The notes beneath the pieces were generated by a model. The model saw nothing but the letters and a program-made list of their open reading frames with translations, did not search any database and had not been told where the DNA came from. Below are positions 44,293 to 54,486 of a stretch of 64,000 nt of DNA, in pieces. Each line of letters begins with the position of its first letter. Position 1 is the stretch's first letter. This DNA comes from Candidatus Limimorpha sp. GTDB lineage: Bacteria > Bacteroidota > Bacteroidia > Bacteroidales > F082. The stretch lies in the NCBI GenBank assembly GCA_051875555.1, contig JBJEGZ010000011.1:108452-172451 (forward strand). Reading direction: 5' to 3'. The position numbers were made by a program, and so were the translations under genes.

Positions 44293-45387
44293 ATGGGCTT
44301 AAATAAAATTTACTTAGGATTGAAAATAATGATTTTATTCATTGCCATATTTTTATGTTTTGATGATTCGCTTGCACAAGATGCACCCGTCACCGTGAGT
44401 GCATCTTACAAAGCGGATTATCTCTATAATATGTCGGGCGGTATCGAAGTCGGAGGAGGATATTTGGGATATGGTCAGATGGGGCTTAGTGTTGACTTTG
44501 AAGCTCTTAACCTTTGGAAAAATGGAGAGTTTTTCATCGGAGGCGCCACTACGCATGGTGCAACCCCATCGGCAAGTTTTATCGGTGATTTGCAAGTCGC
44601 TGATAACATTGAGGCCGGCGAATACGTTTATCTGGAACAGCTTTGGTTTAGGCAGAATCTTGGACGCTTCATGTTAAAGATTGGTCTTCAAGACCTTAAC
44701 GAGCATTTTGTGGAATCATCACCTGCATCGGAATATATTAACAGCTCTTTTGGTATAAACTCGGTGATAAGCACTAACATGGATGCTCCAATCTTCCCTG
44801 TGATGGGACTTGGCGTTGAGTTGAATTATTCCTTTAATGACAAATGGCATGCACAAATCTGCGCGTTTGACGGACAACCTGCTGATTTTGAAGAAGATCC
44901 TCATAATCTGCATTGGAAGATAAATAAAGATGAAGGCGTGTTGCTGTTAGGTGAAGTTCATTACACTGATGATAAAAATGGTGTAAAAGTTGGTGGTTTC
45001 CATCACTCTTCCAACAATAAGTCTGGCGCCTACCTGTTGGCTGACAGAACCTTGTTCGAGAATCATCGTAGAGACGTGGTGTCCTTCCTCCATACAGCAT
45101 ACTTGTTCAATATTGGTGAGAATGATAACTACTTAAACATTGCTTTAGGCGCTAACCTGAACGGGGTCTTCTCAAAGGAAAAACGTGATGTGCTTGGGAT
45201 TGCAACAACTAATGCCTTCATCAAAAACAATAACCTGGAGTCGGCAATTGAGTGCTTCTATAAGTATAACTTGACCGATTGCCTGTCATTAATGGGTGAT
45301 ATCCAATATATTATAAACCCATTCAATGGAGAGGTGTCGCTGCCTAATGCTTTGGTCGGAATATTCAGACTTTGTATAGAGATATAA
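44293..45387 (+). CDS. OprB-family (carbohydrate-selective-type) porin
   Basis: Signal peptide, then VSASYKADYLYNMSGGIEVGGGYLGYGQMGLSVDFE...LW..G.F is the OprB-like N-terminal pattern. It directly precedes feoAB. Confidence 0.7.
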   Translation: MGLNKIYLGLKIMILFIAIFLCFDDSLAQDAPVTVSASYKADYLYNMSGGIEVGGGYLGYGQMGLSVDFEALNLWKNGEFFIGGATTHGATPSASFIGDLQVADNIEAGEYVYLEQLWFRQNLGRFMLKIGLQDLNEHFVESSPASEYINSSFGINSVISTNMDAPIFPVMGLGVELNYSFNDKWHAQICAFDGQPADFEEDPHNLHWKINKDEGVLLLGEVHYTDDKNGVKVGGFHHSSNNKSGAYLLADRTLFENHRRDVVSFLHTAYLFNIGENDNYLNIALGANLNGVFSKEKRDVLGIATTNAFIKNNNLESAIECFYKYNLTDCLSLMGDIQYIINPFNGEVSLPNALVGIFRLCIEI

Positions 45388-45405
45388 CATTAATAAATGT
45401 AAAAT

Positions 45406-47580
45406 ATGGAAAAGGAAGGAATCATGAGACTTTCAGATGTGCCTCAAGGGTCGAGGTGCGTTGTGAAAAATGTTAAAGGAGACGGGAAACTTCGCCTTCG
45501 CTTGATGGAACTCGGTTTTGTTGAGAACGAGCTGGTAAGGGTTATTAGAAATGCTCCTTTGATGGATCCCGTTGAATATCAAGTGATGGACGCTCATATT
45601 TCTTTGAGAAGAAATGAGGCTGAAAAAATTGAAGTGACCATCTTAGATGATAATACAGAATGTCCGTTAAATAATGTTAACAATGAAACTAATGTTGGAT
45701 TAACTGACATTGAGATAGGTGTTGAGAATAGGGAATGCGACTCAAAAAAGAAAACTGATAACAAGATTATTAATGTTGCCCTTGTCGGAAACCCTAACTG
45801 CGGAAAAACATCTTTGTTTAACCATGCTACCGGGCTTCGTGAGAAAGTTGGAAATTATAGCGGCGTCACTGTTGATGCAAAGATAGGAGTGTTCAATTTC
45901 AATGGCTATACTATACGTCTTGTTGATCTCCCTGGAACTTATTCGTTGACAGACTATTCTGCCGAGGAACAATATGTATCTGATTATCTTTTGAACGGTA
46001 ATCCCGATTTGATATTGAATATCGTTGACGCTTCTAATATCGAGAGAAATCTGTTGCTCACTACTCAACTGCTTGATATCGGCCGACCAATGGTAATCGC
46101 ACTTAATATGTATGATGAGTTGCTCTCAAGAGGCGATAGTATTGATTATGAGACTCTTGCCTCACTTCTCTCATTGACAATAGTGCCAACAAAAGCCTCC
46201 TCAGGTAAGGGTATCCCCGATTTGTTGAAGGCTGTGGTTGACGTTTATGAGTGCAAGGACTCGCAACGACTTCATCTCGACACATCTGGTTTGGATAAAG
46301 ATGAGGCGACCGCTTATCGTTACAGATTCATTCGCGAACTCTTAGACAAGGTGTATAAAAGCGGTGATAATGTAAAGCGTTCAAAAGCTTATAATGCTGA
46401 TAAAATCCTTACAAATAAATGGCTTGGCTTCCCTATCTTGGTGATTTTCATGTGGTTGATGTTCGAAGCAACCTTTACAATAGGTGCCTATCCACAAGAA
46501 TGGATCGAGAGTGCTACGGAGTGGCTGTGTGATTTGGTGGGATCTTGGCTTAATGAAGGTATTTTACGCGACTTGATAGTTGACGGTATTATCGCAGGTG
46601 TTGGCGGAGTGCTCGTTTTCCTTCCTAATATTCTGATACTCTATTTCTTTATCGCAATATTAGAGGATACGGGCTATATGGCGCGCGCCGCATTTATTAT
46701 GGATAAGCTGATGCATAAAGTGGGACTGCATGGCAAATCGTTCATCCCGTTTATTATCGGTTTCGGTTGCTCTGTTCCAGCTGTTATGTCGGCTCGCATG
46801 CTTGAGAATAGGAAAGATAGGATTGTAACAATTCTCTCTGTGCCGTTTATGTCGTGCTCGGCCCGACTTCCTGTGTATCTCCTTTTTGTTTCAGTGTTTT
46901 TCGATAAGTATCAAGGACTTATCTTACTCGGAATATATCTTATAGGAATATTGTTCGCTATTATTACCTCATTGATTATGAATAAGACGGCTTTCAAAGG
47001 TCTGTCGCAGGAATTTGTAATGGAATTGCCGCCTTATCGTATTCCAACAACCCGTAATGTGTTGATTCACATGTGGGATAAGAGCGTCCAATATCTGAAA
47101 AAGATGGGAACGATAATTCTTGCAGCCTCAATCATAATCTGGGCTTTGGAGTATTTCCCAAGGAACAATAGCGATGTTGAGATGGCCGAGAATAATATTG
47201 AGAATTCTTATATTGGAAAAATTGGCCATGCCATTGAACCAATTATGCGCCCTTGTGGTTTTGATTGGAAGTTAGGAGTCGGATTGATTACCGGTATTGC
47301 AGCAAAGGAAGTGGTTGTCTCGACTCTTGGAGTTCTTTTAGATGCGGAAGATGAAGATGCGTCTTTGAAGGAGAAAATCAGGGCAATAGATGACTTCACT
47401 CCTGTTAAAGCATTCGGCTTTATGGTGTTCGTGTTATTGTGTACGCCTTGTATAGCGGCCCTTGCAGCAATAAAACGTGAAGCAGGACTGAAATGGGCTC
47501 TTTTTTCCGCCGTATATACTACAGGTCTCGCATGGGTGGTCTCCTGTCTCATTTTTCAAATCGGCAGTTTGATAATATGA
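45406..47580 (+). CDS. feoB: ferrous iron transporter FeoB with N-terminal FeoA fusion
   Basis: FeoA SH3-like region (RLSDVPQGSRCVVKNV...LRLRLMELGF). G-domain GNPNCGKTSLFN, DLPGTYSL and NMYD, followed by the polytopic membrane domain. Confidence 0.95.
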   Translation: MEKEGIMRLSDVPQGSRCVVKNVKGDGKLRLRLMELGFVENELVRVIRNAPLMDPVEYQVMDAHISLRRNEAEKIEVTILDDNTECPLNNVNNETNVGLTDIEIGVENRECDSKKKTDNKIINVALVGNPNCGKTSLFNHATGLREKVGNYSGVTVDAKIGVFNFNGYTIRLVDLPGTYSLTDYSAEEQYVSDYLLNGNPDLILNIVDASNIERNLLLTTQLLDIGRPMVIALNMYDELLSRGDSIDYETLASLLSLTIVPTKASSGKGIPDLLKAVVDVYECKDSQRLHLDTSGLDKDEATAYRYRFIRELLDKVYKSGDNVKRSKAYNADKILTNKWLGFPILVIFMWLMFEATFTIGAYPQEWIESATEWLCDLVGSWLNEGILRDLIVDGIIAGVGGVLVFLPNILILYFFIAILEDTGYMARAAFIMDKLMHKVGLHGKSFIPFIIGFGCSVPAVMSARMLENRKDRIVTILSVPFMSCSARLPVYLLFVSVFFDKYQGLILLGIYLIGILFAIITSLIMNKTAFKGLSQEFVMELPPYRIPTTRNVLIHMWDKSVQYLKKMGTIILAASIIIWALEYFPRNNSDVEMAENNIENSYIGKIGHAIEPIMRPCGFDWKLGVGLITGIAAKEVVVSTLGVLLDAEDEDASLKEKIRAIDDFTPVKAFGFMVFVLLCTPCIAALAAIKREAGLKWALFSAVYTTGLAWVVSCLIFQIGSLII

Positions 47581-47762
47581 ATTGGCAAGATGTTTTAGTG
47601 TTTATTATTGTTTTCGCTTCAGTTGTGTTTCTTTTTGTTAATATTGTTAAGAAAATCAAACATTGTGATTGCGGCGGAAGTGGAAAGTCGGAATGTTGTG
47701 GCAAATGTGATGGCTGTTCAACAGATTGCCCTATTTGTCACAAACCTGATAAAGATAACTGA
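47577..47762 (+). CDS. FeoB-associated Cys-rich membrane protein
   Basis: 61 aa with one TM helix followed by HCDCGGSGKSECCGKCDGCSTDCPICH. The ATG overlaps the feoB stop (ATGA). The ORF-track N-terminal extension overlapping feoB was rejected. Confidence 0.75.
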   Translation: MNWQDVLVFIIVFASVVFLFVNIVKKIKHCDCGGSGKSECCGKCDGCSTDCPICHKPDKDN

Positions 47763-47816
47763 TGTCTTATTTCTGAGACATTGGCTCTCAAGGAATGTTT
47801 CCTCTCGTTTTTTGTA

Positions 47817-47842
47817 GTTGGGGTTATAACTATAACCCCAAC
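47817..47842. other. perfect 12+12 bp palindrome (GTTGGGGTTATA ac TATAACCCCAAC)
   Basis: Read directly from the sequence. It lies 55 nt after the Cys-rich gene stop and about 190 nt before the thioredoxin ATG. It could be a terminator hairpin lacking a U-run or a dimer operator. Confidence 0.6.
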
Positions 47843-48028
47843 TTTCTCACTTGTCTCATCCCTCTCAAAAACATATAAAAAGCTGCCTCATCTCCCGTAT
47901 ATGATGCCGGACTTTGTTTGGTTATATTAACATTTATTTTGATAGGAACATCATTATTGTTAGTGTTTTTACTTTGTATCTCCGCATTAAACAAAATAAT
48001 TCATGGTTTGTTATACAAGAAAAAAATC

Positions 48029-48391
48029 ATGGCAACAATTAAAATGACTTCAAAAGACTTTGTTGGGAAGGTCAATGAAATGAACACTATGGAGTGGAAA
48101 TATAAGGGTGACAAACCTGCTATTATCGCTTTTCATGCACCTTGGTGTGGGCATTGCCGTTCAATAGCGCCAACCTTGGAAGAACTGTCTGACGAGTATA
48201 AGGGTAAGTTATATATTTATAAAATTAATGTTGATGAGGAAGACAGACTGTCGCATTTGTTTAATATTGACAGCGTGCCGACTATGTTTTTTATACCAAA
48301 GAAAGGAGTGCCGTTGAAGGCGAGCGGTGTCATATCGAAAAAACAATTCGAGTCAACAATCAACAATAAACTGTTGAAAGATTATCATTGA
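48029..48391 (+). CDS. thioredoxin
   Basis: WCGHC active site in FHAPWCGHCRSIAP and the VPTMFF cis-Pro loop. The start was set at the ATG at 48029 (MATIKMTSKDF). Confidence 0.9.
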   Translation: MATIKMTSKDFVGKVNEMNTMEWKYKGDKPAIIAFHAPWCGHCRSIAPTLEELSDEYKGKLYIYKINVDEEDRLSHLFNIDSVPTMFFIPKKGVPLKASGVISKKQFESTINNKLLKDYH

Positions 48392-48477
48392 GAATAAAAG
48401 CGCCTAATAAATAATGGACTGACCGGAGTATTATTTGGACGGGGATATCTTGAATCAAATTTCTATCTATATGCTTG

Positions 48478-48903
48478 CCGGACACAAATAAAAAGTTGTT
48501 AAAGGTTGTCCCCCGTTGTCGTCATCTATCAAAGGTGATAAGTTGTCTTTGACTCTGTTCACCGGACACAAATAAAAATGTTGTCTAAAGTTGTCCCCCG
48601 TTGTCGTCATCTATCAAAGGTGATGTGTCTTTGACTCTGTTCACCGGACAGCAATAAAAATGTTGTCTAAAGTTGTCCCTCGTTGTCGTCATCTATCAAA
48701 GGTGATGTGTCTTTGACTCTGTTCACCGGACACAAATAAAAAGTTGTTAAAGGTTGTCCCCCGTTGTCGTCATCTATCAAAGGTGATGTGTCTTTGACTC
48801 TGTTAACCGGACAGCAATAAAAATGTTGTCTAAAGTTGTCCCTCGTTGTCGTCATCTATCAAAGGTGATGTGTCTTTGACTCTGTTCACCGGACACAAAT
48901 AAT
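48478..48903. repeat. tandem direct repeat array: 5 full copies plus one 15-bp partial copy of an 81-84 bp unit
   Basis: Unit starts (ccggaca) lie at 48478, 48562, 48644, 48726, 48807 and 48889. Two variants alternate: cacaaataaaaagttgttaaaggttgtccccc versus cagcaataaaaatgttgtctaaagttgtccctc. Each unit holds three GTTGT(C) motifs about 10-11 bp apart. There are no unique spacers. Confidence 0.95.
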
Positions 48904-49099
48904 TATGAATAGCCTAAAAACTTTTGTATATTGTTGATTAATAATGTGCCGGATTATTTTCAAAAGAGCAAGGCTGTTTCAATCGTATTATTTACCGATA
49001 TGCCAGATGGATTATTATTCTTTGATGTTGGATTGTGGAAAGAGAGATGTGTGCAAAGTTGTTAATGTATTGGCTGTTGCATATATGTGTTTGCGACTA

Positions 49100-49142
49100 T
49101 ATTATAAAGAGGAGAGTGCCTCAAAGGAATGGGGACACTCTC
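49100..49142 (-). terminator. terminator-like hairpin after purL
   Basis: Stem gagagtgcc/gg(a)cactctc with one bulge. On the minus strand it is followed by CTCTTTATAATAT. Confidence 0.45.
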
Positions 49143-49160
49143 TATTGATAAGTCTTATAG

Positions 49161-52100
49161 TTAATTGTGGATCTTTTTTATCCAATTCAATGCGTTTACG
49201 AATGCCTCAATCCAAGGGGTGATCTCGTCATCTTTCCTGTTTTCTGGATAGTACGCCCATTGCCAAGGAAGGAAGGCTCTCTCAATATGTGGCATCATTG
49301 CGAGATGTCGCCCGTTGTTAGAGCATATTGCCGCTACTGACCAGTCGCTGCCGTTCGGGTTGCCAGGATATTCGTCGAAACTGTATGACATTGCGATGTT
49401 GTATTTGTCCTGATAATAAGGGAAGTCGAACTTGCCTTCTCCATGTGCTACCCATACTCCAAGACGGCGTCCTTGTAGCGAAGACAGCATTATGCTGTTG
49501 CTGTAATTTACGTTGACGTTGATGAATGCTGACTCGAACTTGTGTGAGTCGTTGTGTTTCATGCGTGGATGTTCCTCATGGTCAGGGTAGATCAGTTTTA
49601 GTTCTGTCATGAGTTGGCAGCCGTTGCAAACACCAAGGCTCATTGTGTCAGGGCGATTGAAGAAGTTCTCTATTGCGTTGCGGGCTTTCTCGTTGTAAAG
49701 CAATGCTCCAGCCCAGCCTTTTGCAGAACCGAGTACGTCTGAGTTGCTGAATCCGCCTACGAAGACAATCATATTAACATCGGTGAGGTCTTCTCTTCCG
49801 CTGATGAGGTCGGTGGTGTGAACGTCTTTCACATCGAATCCAGCGAGATACAGCGCGTAAGCCATCTCACGGTCGCCGTTGACGCCTTTCTCACGAATAA
49901 TTGCCGCCTTGATGCCTGAAGGTGTCTTGCGGTGCATGTCGATATTAAGGTCTTTGGCTTTACCTGTGAATTTGCCGAAGTCGAAACGCAAGTCTTGTTT
50001 CTTGTAATTCTTGAAACGGTCGCGTGCCTTTGTGCTGCCACTCTGTTTGCAATCAAGCAAATATGAACCCTTGAACCAGATGTCGCGTAAAGCGTTGATG
50101 TCAAGCTCATGGCTGTCATTGCCTTTCACTAATTTGATGATTCGTTTTTCGATTGGCTTGCCTATTACTTGATATTCAATACCTTCATTATCGAGAATCT
50201 CTTTCGCACTATTGCCTTTTATTTGGATGACAACAGAAGGTTGTTCGCTGAATGCCACACTGATAAGGTCGTTGCTGTCGAATGCGCTGAGGTCGATGTG
50301 CATGCCGCCGTCGGTGTTGGCGAAGTTCATCTCGAGCAAAGTAGTGATAAGACCACCTGCAGAAACGTCGTGACCGGCTAAAACCAGCTCTTGCTCAATG
50401 AGTCTCTGCAAGGTGTTGAAGCATTTCTTGAAGTATTCGATATCATTGATATCTGGTGTGCTTTCACCTATTTTGTTTAGTGTCTGTGCGAAACTGCTAC
50501 CTCCGAGTTTGAATCCTGACTTTGAGAAGTCGATATAGACAAGTTCAGTATCGATGTCTTGTGACATTACAGGTTTGACAGCTTTTCTTATATCCGTCAC
50601 TTCGCCTACGGCAGAAATGATGACGGTGCCCGGTGCGAGAACTTTCTGACCGTTTTTGTATTTTTGTGTCATTGACAAGGAGTCTTTTCCTGTAGGAACG
50701 TTGATTCCGAGTGCGATACAGAAGTCGCTGAGGGCTTTCACCGCTCTATACAGACGTGCGTTCTCACCCGGATTCTTCGCTGGCCACATCCAGTTCGCGC
50801 TTAATGAGACCCCGTTAAGTTTTTCTTCTATTGGTGCCCATACAAGGTTTGTGAGAGCCTCGGCTACTGACAGCCTTGAACCGGCTTCTGGACTGATGAG
50901 AGCTGCGGCGGGGGCATGCCCGATGGCAGTGCCAATACCTTTAACGCCTTGATAATCAAGAGTCATTATCCCGAGGTTGTTGATAGGCAGTTGTATAGTG
51001 CCAGCGCATTGCTGTAATGCTACTCTTCCTGTTACGGAACGGTCAACCTTATTGGTGAGCCAGTCTTTACATGCGACGGCCTCAATCTGTAATATTTTAT
51101 TAAGATATTGCTCGAACTTGTTATTTTGGTACGACAGTGCACCGAATTGGTAGTCGATGTTCTTGTCTGTCAACACCGTCTTTGGTGCGCTGCCGAAGAA
51201 GTCTGACAAGCTTAGGTCGATAGGGTCGGTGCCGTTTTTACGAACGAAACGTAGGCGTTTGTCATCGGTTGATTCGCCTACTATATAATAAGGTACGCGT
51301 TCGCGTTCGGCAGTCATCTTTATAATCTCGGTGTCGTCCTTGTTAATGAGCAATCCCATTCTCTCTTGTGACTCGTTCCCTATAATTTCTTTATCTGATA
51401 GGGTAGGGTCGCCAACGGGCAGGCTGTCAACATTGACAATGCCGCCGCTTTTATCGATAAGTTCTGAGAGGCAGTTGAGGTGTCCGCCGGCGCCGTGGTC
51501 ATGTATTGAGCGCACAGGGTTGCTGTCGTTTTCCACCATGGCGCGAATTACGTTGGCGACACGTTTCTGCATTTCCGGGTTGGCACGTTGTACCGCGTTT
51601 AACTCGATAGCGTTAGAGTACTGTCCTGTTCCAACGCTTGACACAGCGGCGCCGCCCATTCCGATGCGGTAGTTGTCTCCGCCGAGGACGACGATGAGGT
51701 CGCCAGGCTCCGGCTCTTCTTTGATGCAGTCATCGACAGGAGCGAATCCTATGCCGCCAGCCTGCATAATTACCTTGTCGTAACCGAAGTCGCCACCGCT
51801 GTCTTCGCCCTCTGTGTGCTCGAAAGTGAGGAGGCTGCCGTTGATGAGAGGCTGCCCGAACTTGTTACCGAAGTCAGAGGCTCCGTTTGATGCCTTGATA
51901 AGAAGGTCTTCGGGGGTCTGATACAGCCATGGACGTGCCTTGAAATTGTCTTCCCATTCGCACGAACTGTCGTTACGCGGATATGAGGTCATATAGACAG
52001 CGGTACCAGCTAAAGGAATACTTCCTCTACCTCCTGCGAGACGGTCGCGAATCTCACCGCCAGTGCCGGTAGCTGCACCGTTGAATGGCTCAACAGTCGT

Positions 52101-52856
52101 GGGAAAGTTATGAGTCTCAGCCTTTAACGAAATTACAGTGTTGATGTCTTTGATCTTGAAAAAGTCGGCCTTGTGCTGTGTGGCAGGTGCGAATTGTTCT
52201 ACTTTAGGGCCAACGATGAATGCCACGTTGTCTTTGTAAGCCGAGACAAGCCTGTTTTTGTGCTCTTTTGAGGTTTTCTTAATCAAAGCGAAAAGCGTCT
52301 CTGGCATTTCTTTCCCGTCAATTATGAAAGTGCCGTTGAAAATCTTGTGCCGGCAGTGCTCCGAATTGACTTGTGCGAAACCGTAAACCTCCGAGTCGGT
52401 GAGGTCTCTGCCTATCTTTTTACTGATGCCTTTGAGGTAGTCTATTTCCTCTTGGCTTAAAGCGAGCCCCTCTTTTTCGTTGTATTCGTCTATATCAGTG
52501 ATATATATCAATGGCTCTGGCTTCCGGTCGATTATGAATATATCTTGGTCGAGGTTGTGGTATTTCGCCTGTAACATGGGGTCGAAACTGTCATCATCGT
52601 CTTTCACACGGGTGAATTCCTCTATCCTCGTTACACCGCTTATACCCATGTTCTGTGTAATCTCAACGGCGTTTGTGCTCCAAGGGGTAATCATCTCACG
52701 CCGTGGACCAAAGAAACAGCCTTCGATATTGTCATTTTTCACTAACTCGGCATCGCCAAAAAGCCAAATGAATTTGTTTATATCATCAACTGAATGATTA
52801 TTAACACTTTGTACAGCGATAATAGTTTTTTGTTTCGTTTCGAAAAAGATTACCAT
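49161..52856 (-). CDS. purL: phosphoribosylformylglycinamidine synthase, single-chain large form
   Basis: 1231 aa with FGAM synthase AIR-synthase-like repeats and a C-terminal type-I glutamine amidotransferase domain (GVCNGCQ). Confidence 0.97.
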   Translation of the reverse strand: MVIFFETKQKTIIAVQSVNNHSVDDINKFIWLFGDAELVKNDNIEGCFFGPRREMITPWSTNAVEITQNMGISGVTRIEEFTRVKDDDDSFDPMLQAKYHNLDQDIFIIDRKPEPLIYITDIDEYNEKEGLALSQEEIDYLKGISKKIGRDLTDSEVYGFAQVNSEHCRHKIFNGTFIIDGKEMPETLFALIKKTSKEHKNRLVSAYKDNVAFIVGPKVEQFAPATQHKADFFKIKDINTVISLKAETHNFPTTVEPFNGAATGTGGEIRDRLAGGRGSIPLAGTAVYMTSYPRNDSSCEWEDNFKARPWLYQTPEDLLIKASNGASDFGNKFGQPLINGSLLTFEHTEGEDSGGDFGYDKVIMQAGGIGFAPVDDCIKEEPEPGDLIVVLGGDNYRIGMGGAAVSSVGTGQYSNAIELNAVQRANPEMQKRVANVIRAMVENDSNPVRSIHDHGAGGHLNCLSELIDKSGGIVNVDSLPVGDPTLSDKEIIGNESQERMGLLINKDDTEIIKMTAERERVPYYIVGESTDDKRLRFVRKNGTDPIDLSLSDFFGSAPKTVLTDKNIDYQFGALSYQNNKFEQYLNKILQIEAVACKDWLTNKVDRSVTGRVALQQCAGTIQLPINNLGIMTLDYQGVKGIGTAIGHAPAAALISPEAGSRLSVAEALTNLVWAPIEEKLNGVSLSANWMWPAKNPGENARLYRAVKALSDFCIALGINVPTGKDSLSMTQKYKNGQKVLAPGTVIISAVGEVTDIRKAVKPVMSQDIDTELVYIDFSKSGFKLGGSSFAQTLNKIGESTPDINDIEYFKKCFNTLQRLIEQELVLAGHDVSAGGLITTLLEMNFANTDGGMHIDLSAFDSNDLISVAFSEQPSVVIQIKGNSAKEILDNEGIEYQVIGKPIEKRIIKLVKGNDSHELDINALRDIWFKGSYLLDCKQSGSTKARDRFKNYKKQDLRFDFGKFTGKAKDLNIDMHRKTPSGIKAAIIREKGVNGDREMAYALYLAGFDVKDVHTTDLISGREDLTDVNMIVFVGGFSNSDVLGSAKGWAGALLYNEKARNAIENFFNRPDTMSLGVCNGCQLMTELKLIYPDHEEHPRMKHNDSHKFESAFINVNVNYSNSIMLSSLQGRRLGVWVAHGEGKFDFPYYQDKYNIAMSYSFDEYPGNPNGSDWSVAAICSNNGRHLAMMPHIERAFLPWQWAYYPENRKDDEITPWIEAFVNALNWIKKIHN

Positions 52857-52876
52857 AATCTGTAAATTTCAATATG

Positions 52877-52884
52877 CAAAAATA
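52877..52884 (-). promoter_or_regulatory. -7 promoter box (TATTTTTG on the minus strand) for purL
   Basis: Plus-strand caaaaata, 21-28 nt upstream of the ATG at 52856. Confidence 0.55.
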
Positions 52885-53007
52885 CAAAAATATTGTAACT
52901 GATTATATAAAGAGAGAAGAAAATGATATTTTTTATGGCGTGAATTTGTGGGGTTGAAAAAAATAAAATTATTTTTGCGGAGATGTGTTTTGGAAAAGAA
53001 AAAGTTG

Positions 53008-53015
53008 TATTTTTG
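53008..53015 (+). promoter_or_regulatory. -7 promoter box TATTTTTG for rplU-rpmA
   Basis: Exact match 35 nt upstream of the ATG at 53050. A second copy lies at 52970-52977. Confidence 0.6.
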
Positions 53016-53049
53016 CAGTTCGAAAAAATTAAGTTTAAATAAAGAAATA

Positions 53050-53361
53050 ATGTACGCAATCGTAGAAATCGCAGGGCAGCAGTTCAAGGTAAAGCAGGGA
53101 GACGTTATCTTCTGCAACCGTCTGAACGGCGAAGTCGAAAGTTCAGTTTCTTTCGATAAGGTGTTGCTTATCGACAATGAAGGCAGCACAAGGGTTGGCA
53201 CCCCCGTCCTCGAAGGTGCTAAAGTTGATGCTACAATAGTAGAGCATCTTAAAGCTGACAAAGTTCTTGTTTTCAAAAAGAAAAGAAGAAAAGGTTATCA
53301 AAAACTCAATGGTCACCGCCAATGCTTAAGCAAGGTGCGCATTGAAAATATCACTGAATAA
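53050..53361 (+). CDS. rplU: 50S ribosomal protein L21
   Basis: MYAIVEIAGQQFKVKQGD... is the canonical L21 N-terminus. The 34-codon upstream extension was rejected. Confidence 0.95.
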   Translation: MYAIVEIAGQQFKVKQGDVIFCNRLNGEVESSVSFDKVLLIDNEGSTRVGTPVLEGAKVDATIVEHLKADKVLVFKKKRRKGYQKLNGHRQCLSKVRIENITE

Positions 53362-53385
53362 TAAACCCGGAAAAATCAAGAAGTT

Positions 53386-53658
53386 ATGGCACACAAAAAA
53401 GGCGTTGGTAGTTCTGAAAACGGTCGTGAATCACATAGCAAACGACTCGGAGTAAAGGTTTTCGGTGGACAAGCAGTTATCGCGGGCAACATCATCGTTC
53501 GTCAACGCGGTACAAAACACAATCCAGGTGAGAATGTCGGCATGGGTAAAGACCATACTTTGTTCGCTCTCACAGATGGTATAGTGCAATTCCGTAGAAA
53601 GAGAGATGACCGTTCATACGTCTCTGTAATTCCTGTAAAGGCTGAGATCACTGAATAG
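53386..53658 (+). CDS. rpmA: 50S ribosomal protein L27
   Basis: [25 protein letters not shown]....[11 protein letters not shown] is the canonical L27 sequence. Confidence 0.95.
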   Translation: MAHKKGVGSSENGRESHSKRLGVKVFGGQAVIAGNIIVRQRGTKHNPGENVGMGKDHTLFALTDGIVQFRRKRDDRSYVSVIPVKAEITE

Positions 53659-53685
53659 TCTTCTTGTAATAACGAGCATAAAGGA

Positions 53686-53715
53686 CTCGGTTGCTTCAGC
53701 AGCCGAGCCTTTTAT
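53686..53715 (+). terminator. rho-independent terminator after rpmA
   Basis: 9-bp stem ctcggttgc/gcagccgag with one G-U pair and loop ttca, followed by ccttttatt. Confidence 0.7.
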
Positions 53716-54486
53716 TGTTGATTGACCGCATGATCCCACTAAAATGATATTCGCAGCGGGAAAACAAATCGTCATCCCACCCCATTCTTATGATGTGACA
53801 CCCCCTCTATTGTCTTAATCACAATTTTTGTTTTATCACAAATAAACTCAAACACATGATTGCCACTGTGTTCATTGTTGTCCCACACTCCCTGACTGTA
53901 AAACCGAATCTCTGAAATCTTATTTTGAAAACGTATTTTTACATAAACCAGTCCTTGATTCCCTTATAGGAAGCTGAATAACGGCAAAATTGGCTAAAGC
54001 GTTGGAACTCATTCCTATAAATAGTAATTAATCCGAATTTCATTCCTTTGATTGAAAGCCGATTGTCGCAAAAAATATTTTTGACATTTCTGAATACAAG
54101 TCCGTAAAGCAGGATATTGTCTATTTTTGAAGGTGAAAACGGGAAATAACCTGTCTTTATTGATTTTTTACAGCTCTTCTGTGAATATTGCTATTTGTTC
54201 GTTCTGTTTTACTCCATTATTGTGGCGAAGTGACTGTCAGATGAATGCTGTGTTTTCGCCCTTCTCTCATTTTCCAGCGTTAACATTTATAATAATATGT
54301 TGTGTCTTAATCGTTTTTTAATATATTGCCTTTGACTTTTTTCGTTTGGAGTTGTTTGTTATGATATAATCCATCTTTTAAATTAATTTTTTTGCCTATA
54401 ATTTGAATGTTTTATAATTTTGTTCTATCATTTTTTTCAGTGTTTTGGAATCTTTTTGAGACTTTTTTATAAATAACAAATGTTAA

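Noticed and set aside
48667-48855. 62-aa minus-strand ORF (…CPVNRVKDTSPLIDDDN… twice)
   Set aside because: It lies entirely within the tandem repeat. Its internal duplication just mirrors the DNA repeat, and it has no promoter box or start context. I treat it as a repeat artefact.
48478-48903. Could the 82-bp repeat array be a CRISPR array?
   Set aside because: Units abut one another with no unique spacers. The period of 81-84 bp equals the repeat itself. No cas genes or leader are nearby. It is a tandem direct repeat, not a CRISPR array.
52869-53276. 135-aa and 69-aa minus-strand ORFs opposite the rplU promoter and coding region
   Set aside because: They are antisense to the canonical L21 gene and its AT-rich promoter, and their composition is low-complexity. 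They are spurious.
54127-54321. 64-aa plus-strand ORF in the long gap upstream of the dipeptidase gene
   Set aside because: It is a hydrophobic, low-complexity product of T-rich DNA, its ORF-track start codon is a TTG rather than an ATG, and no -7 box lies at a suitable distance. It is not supported.
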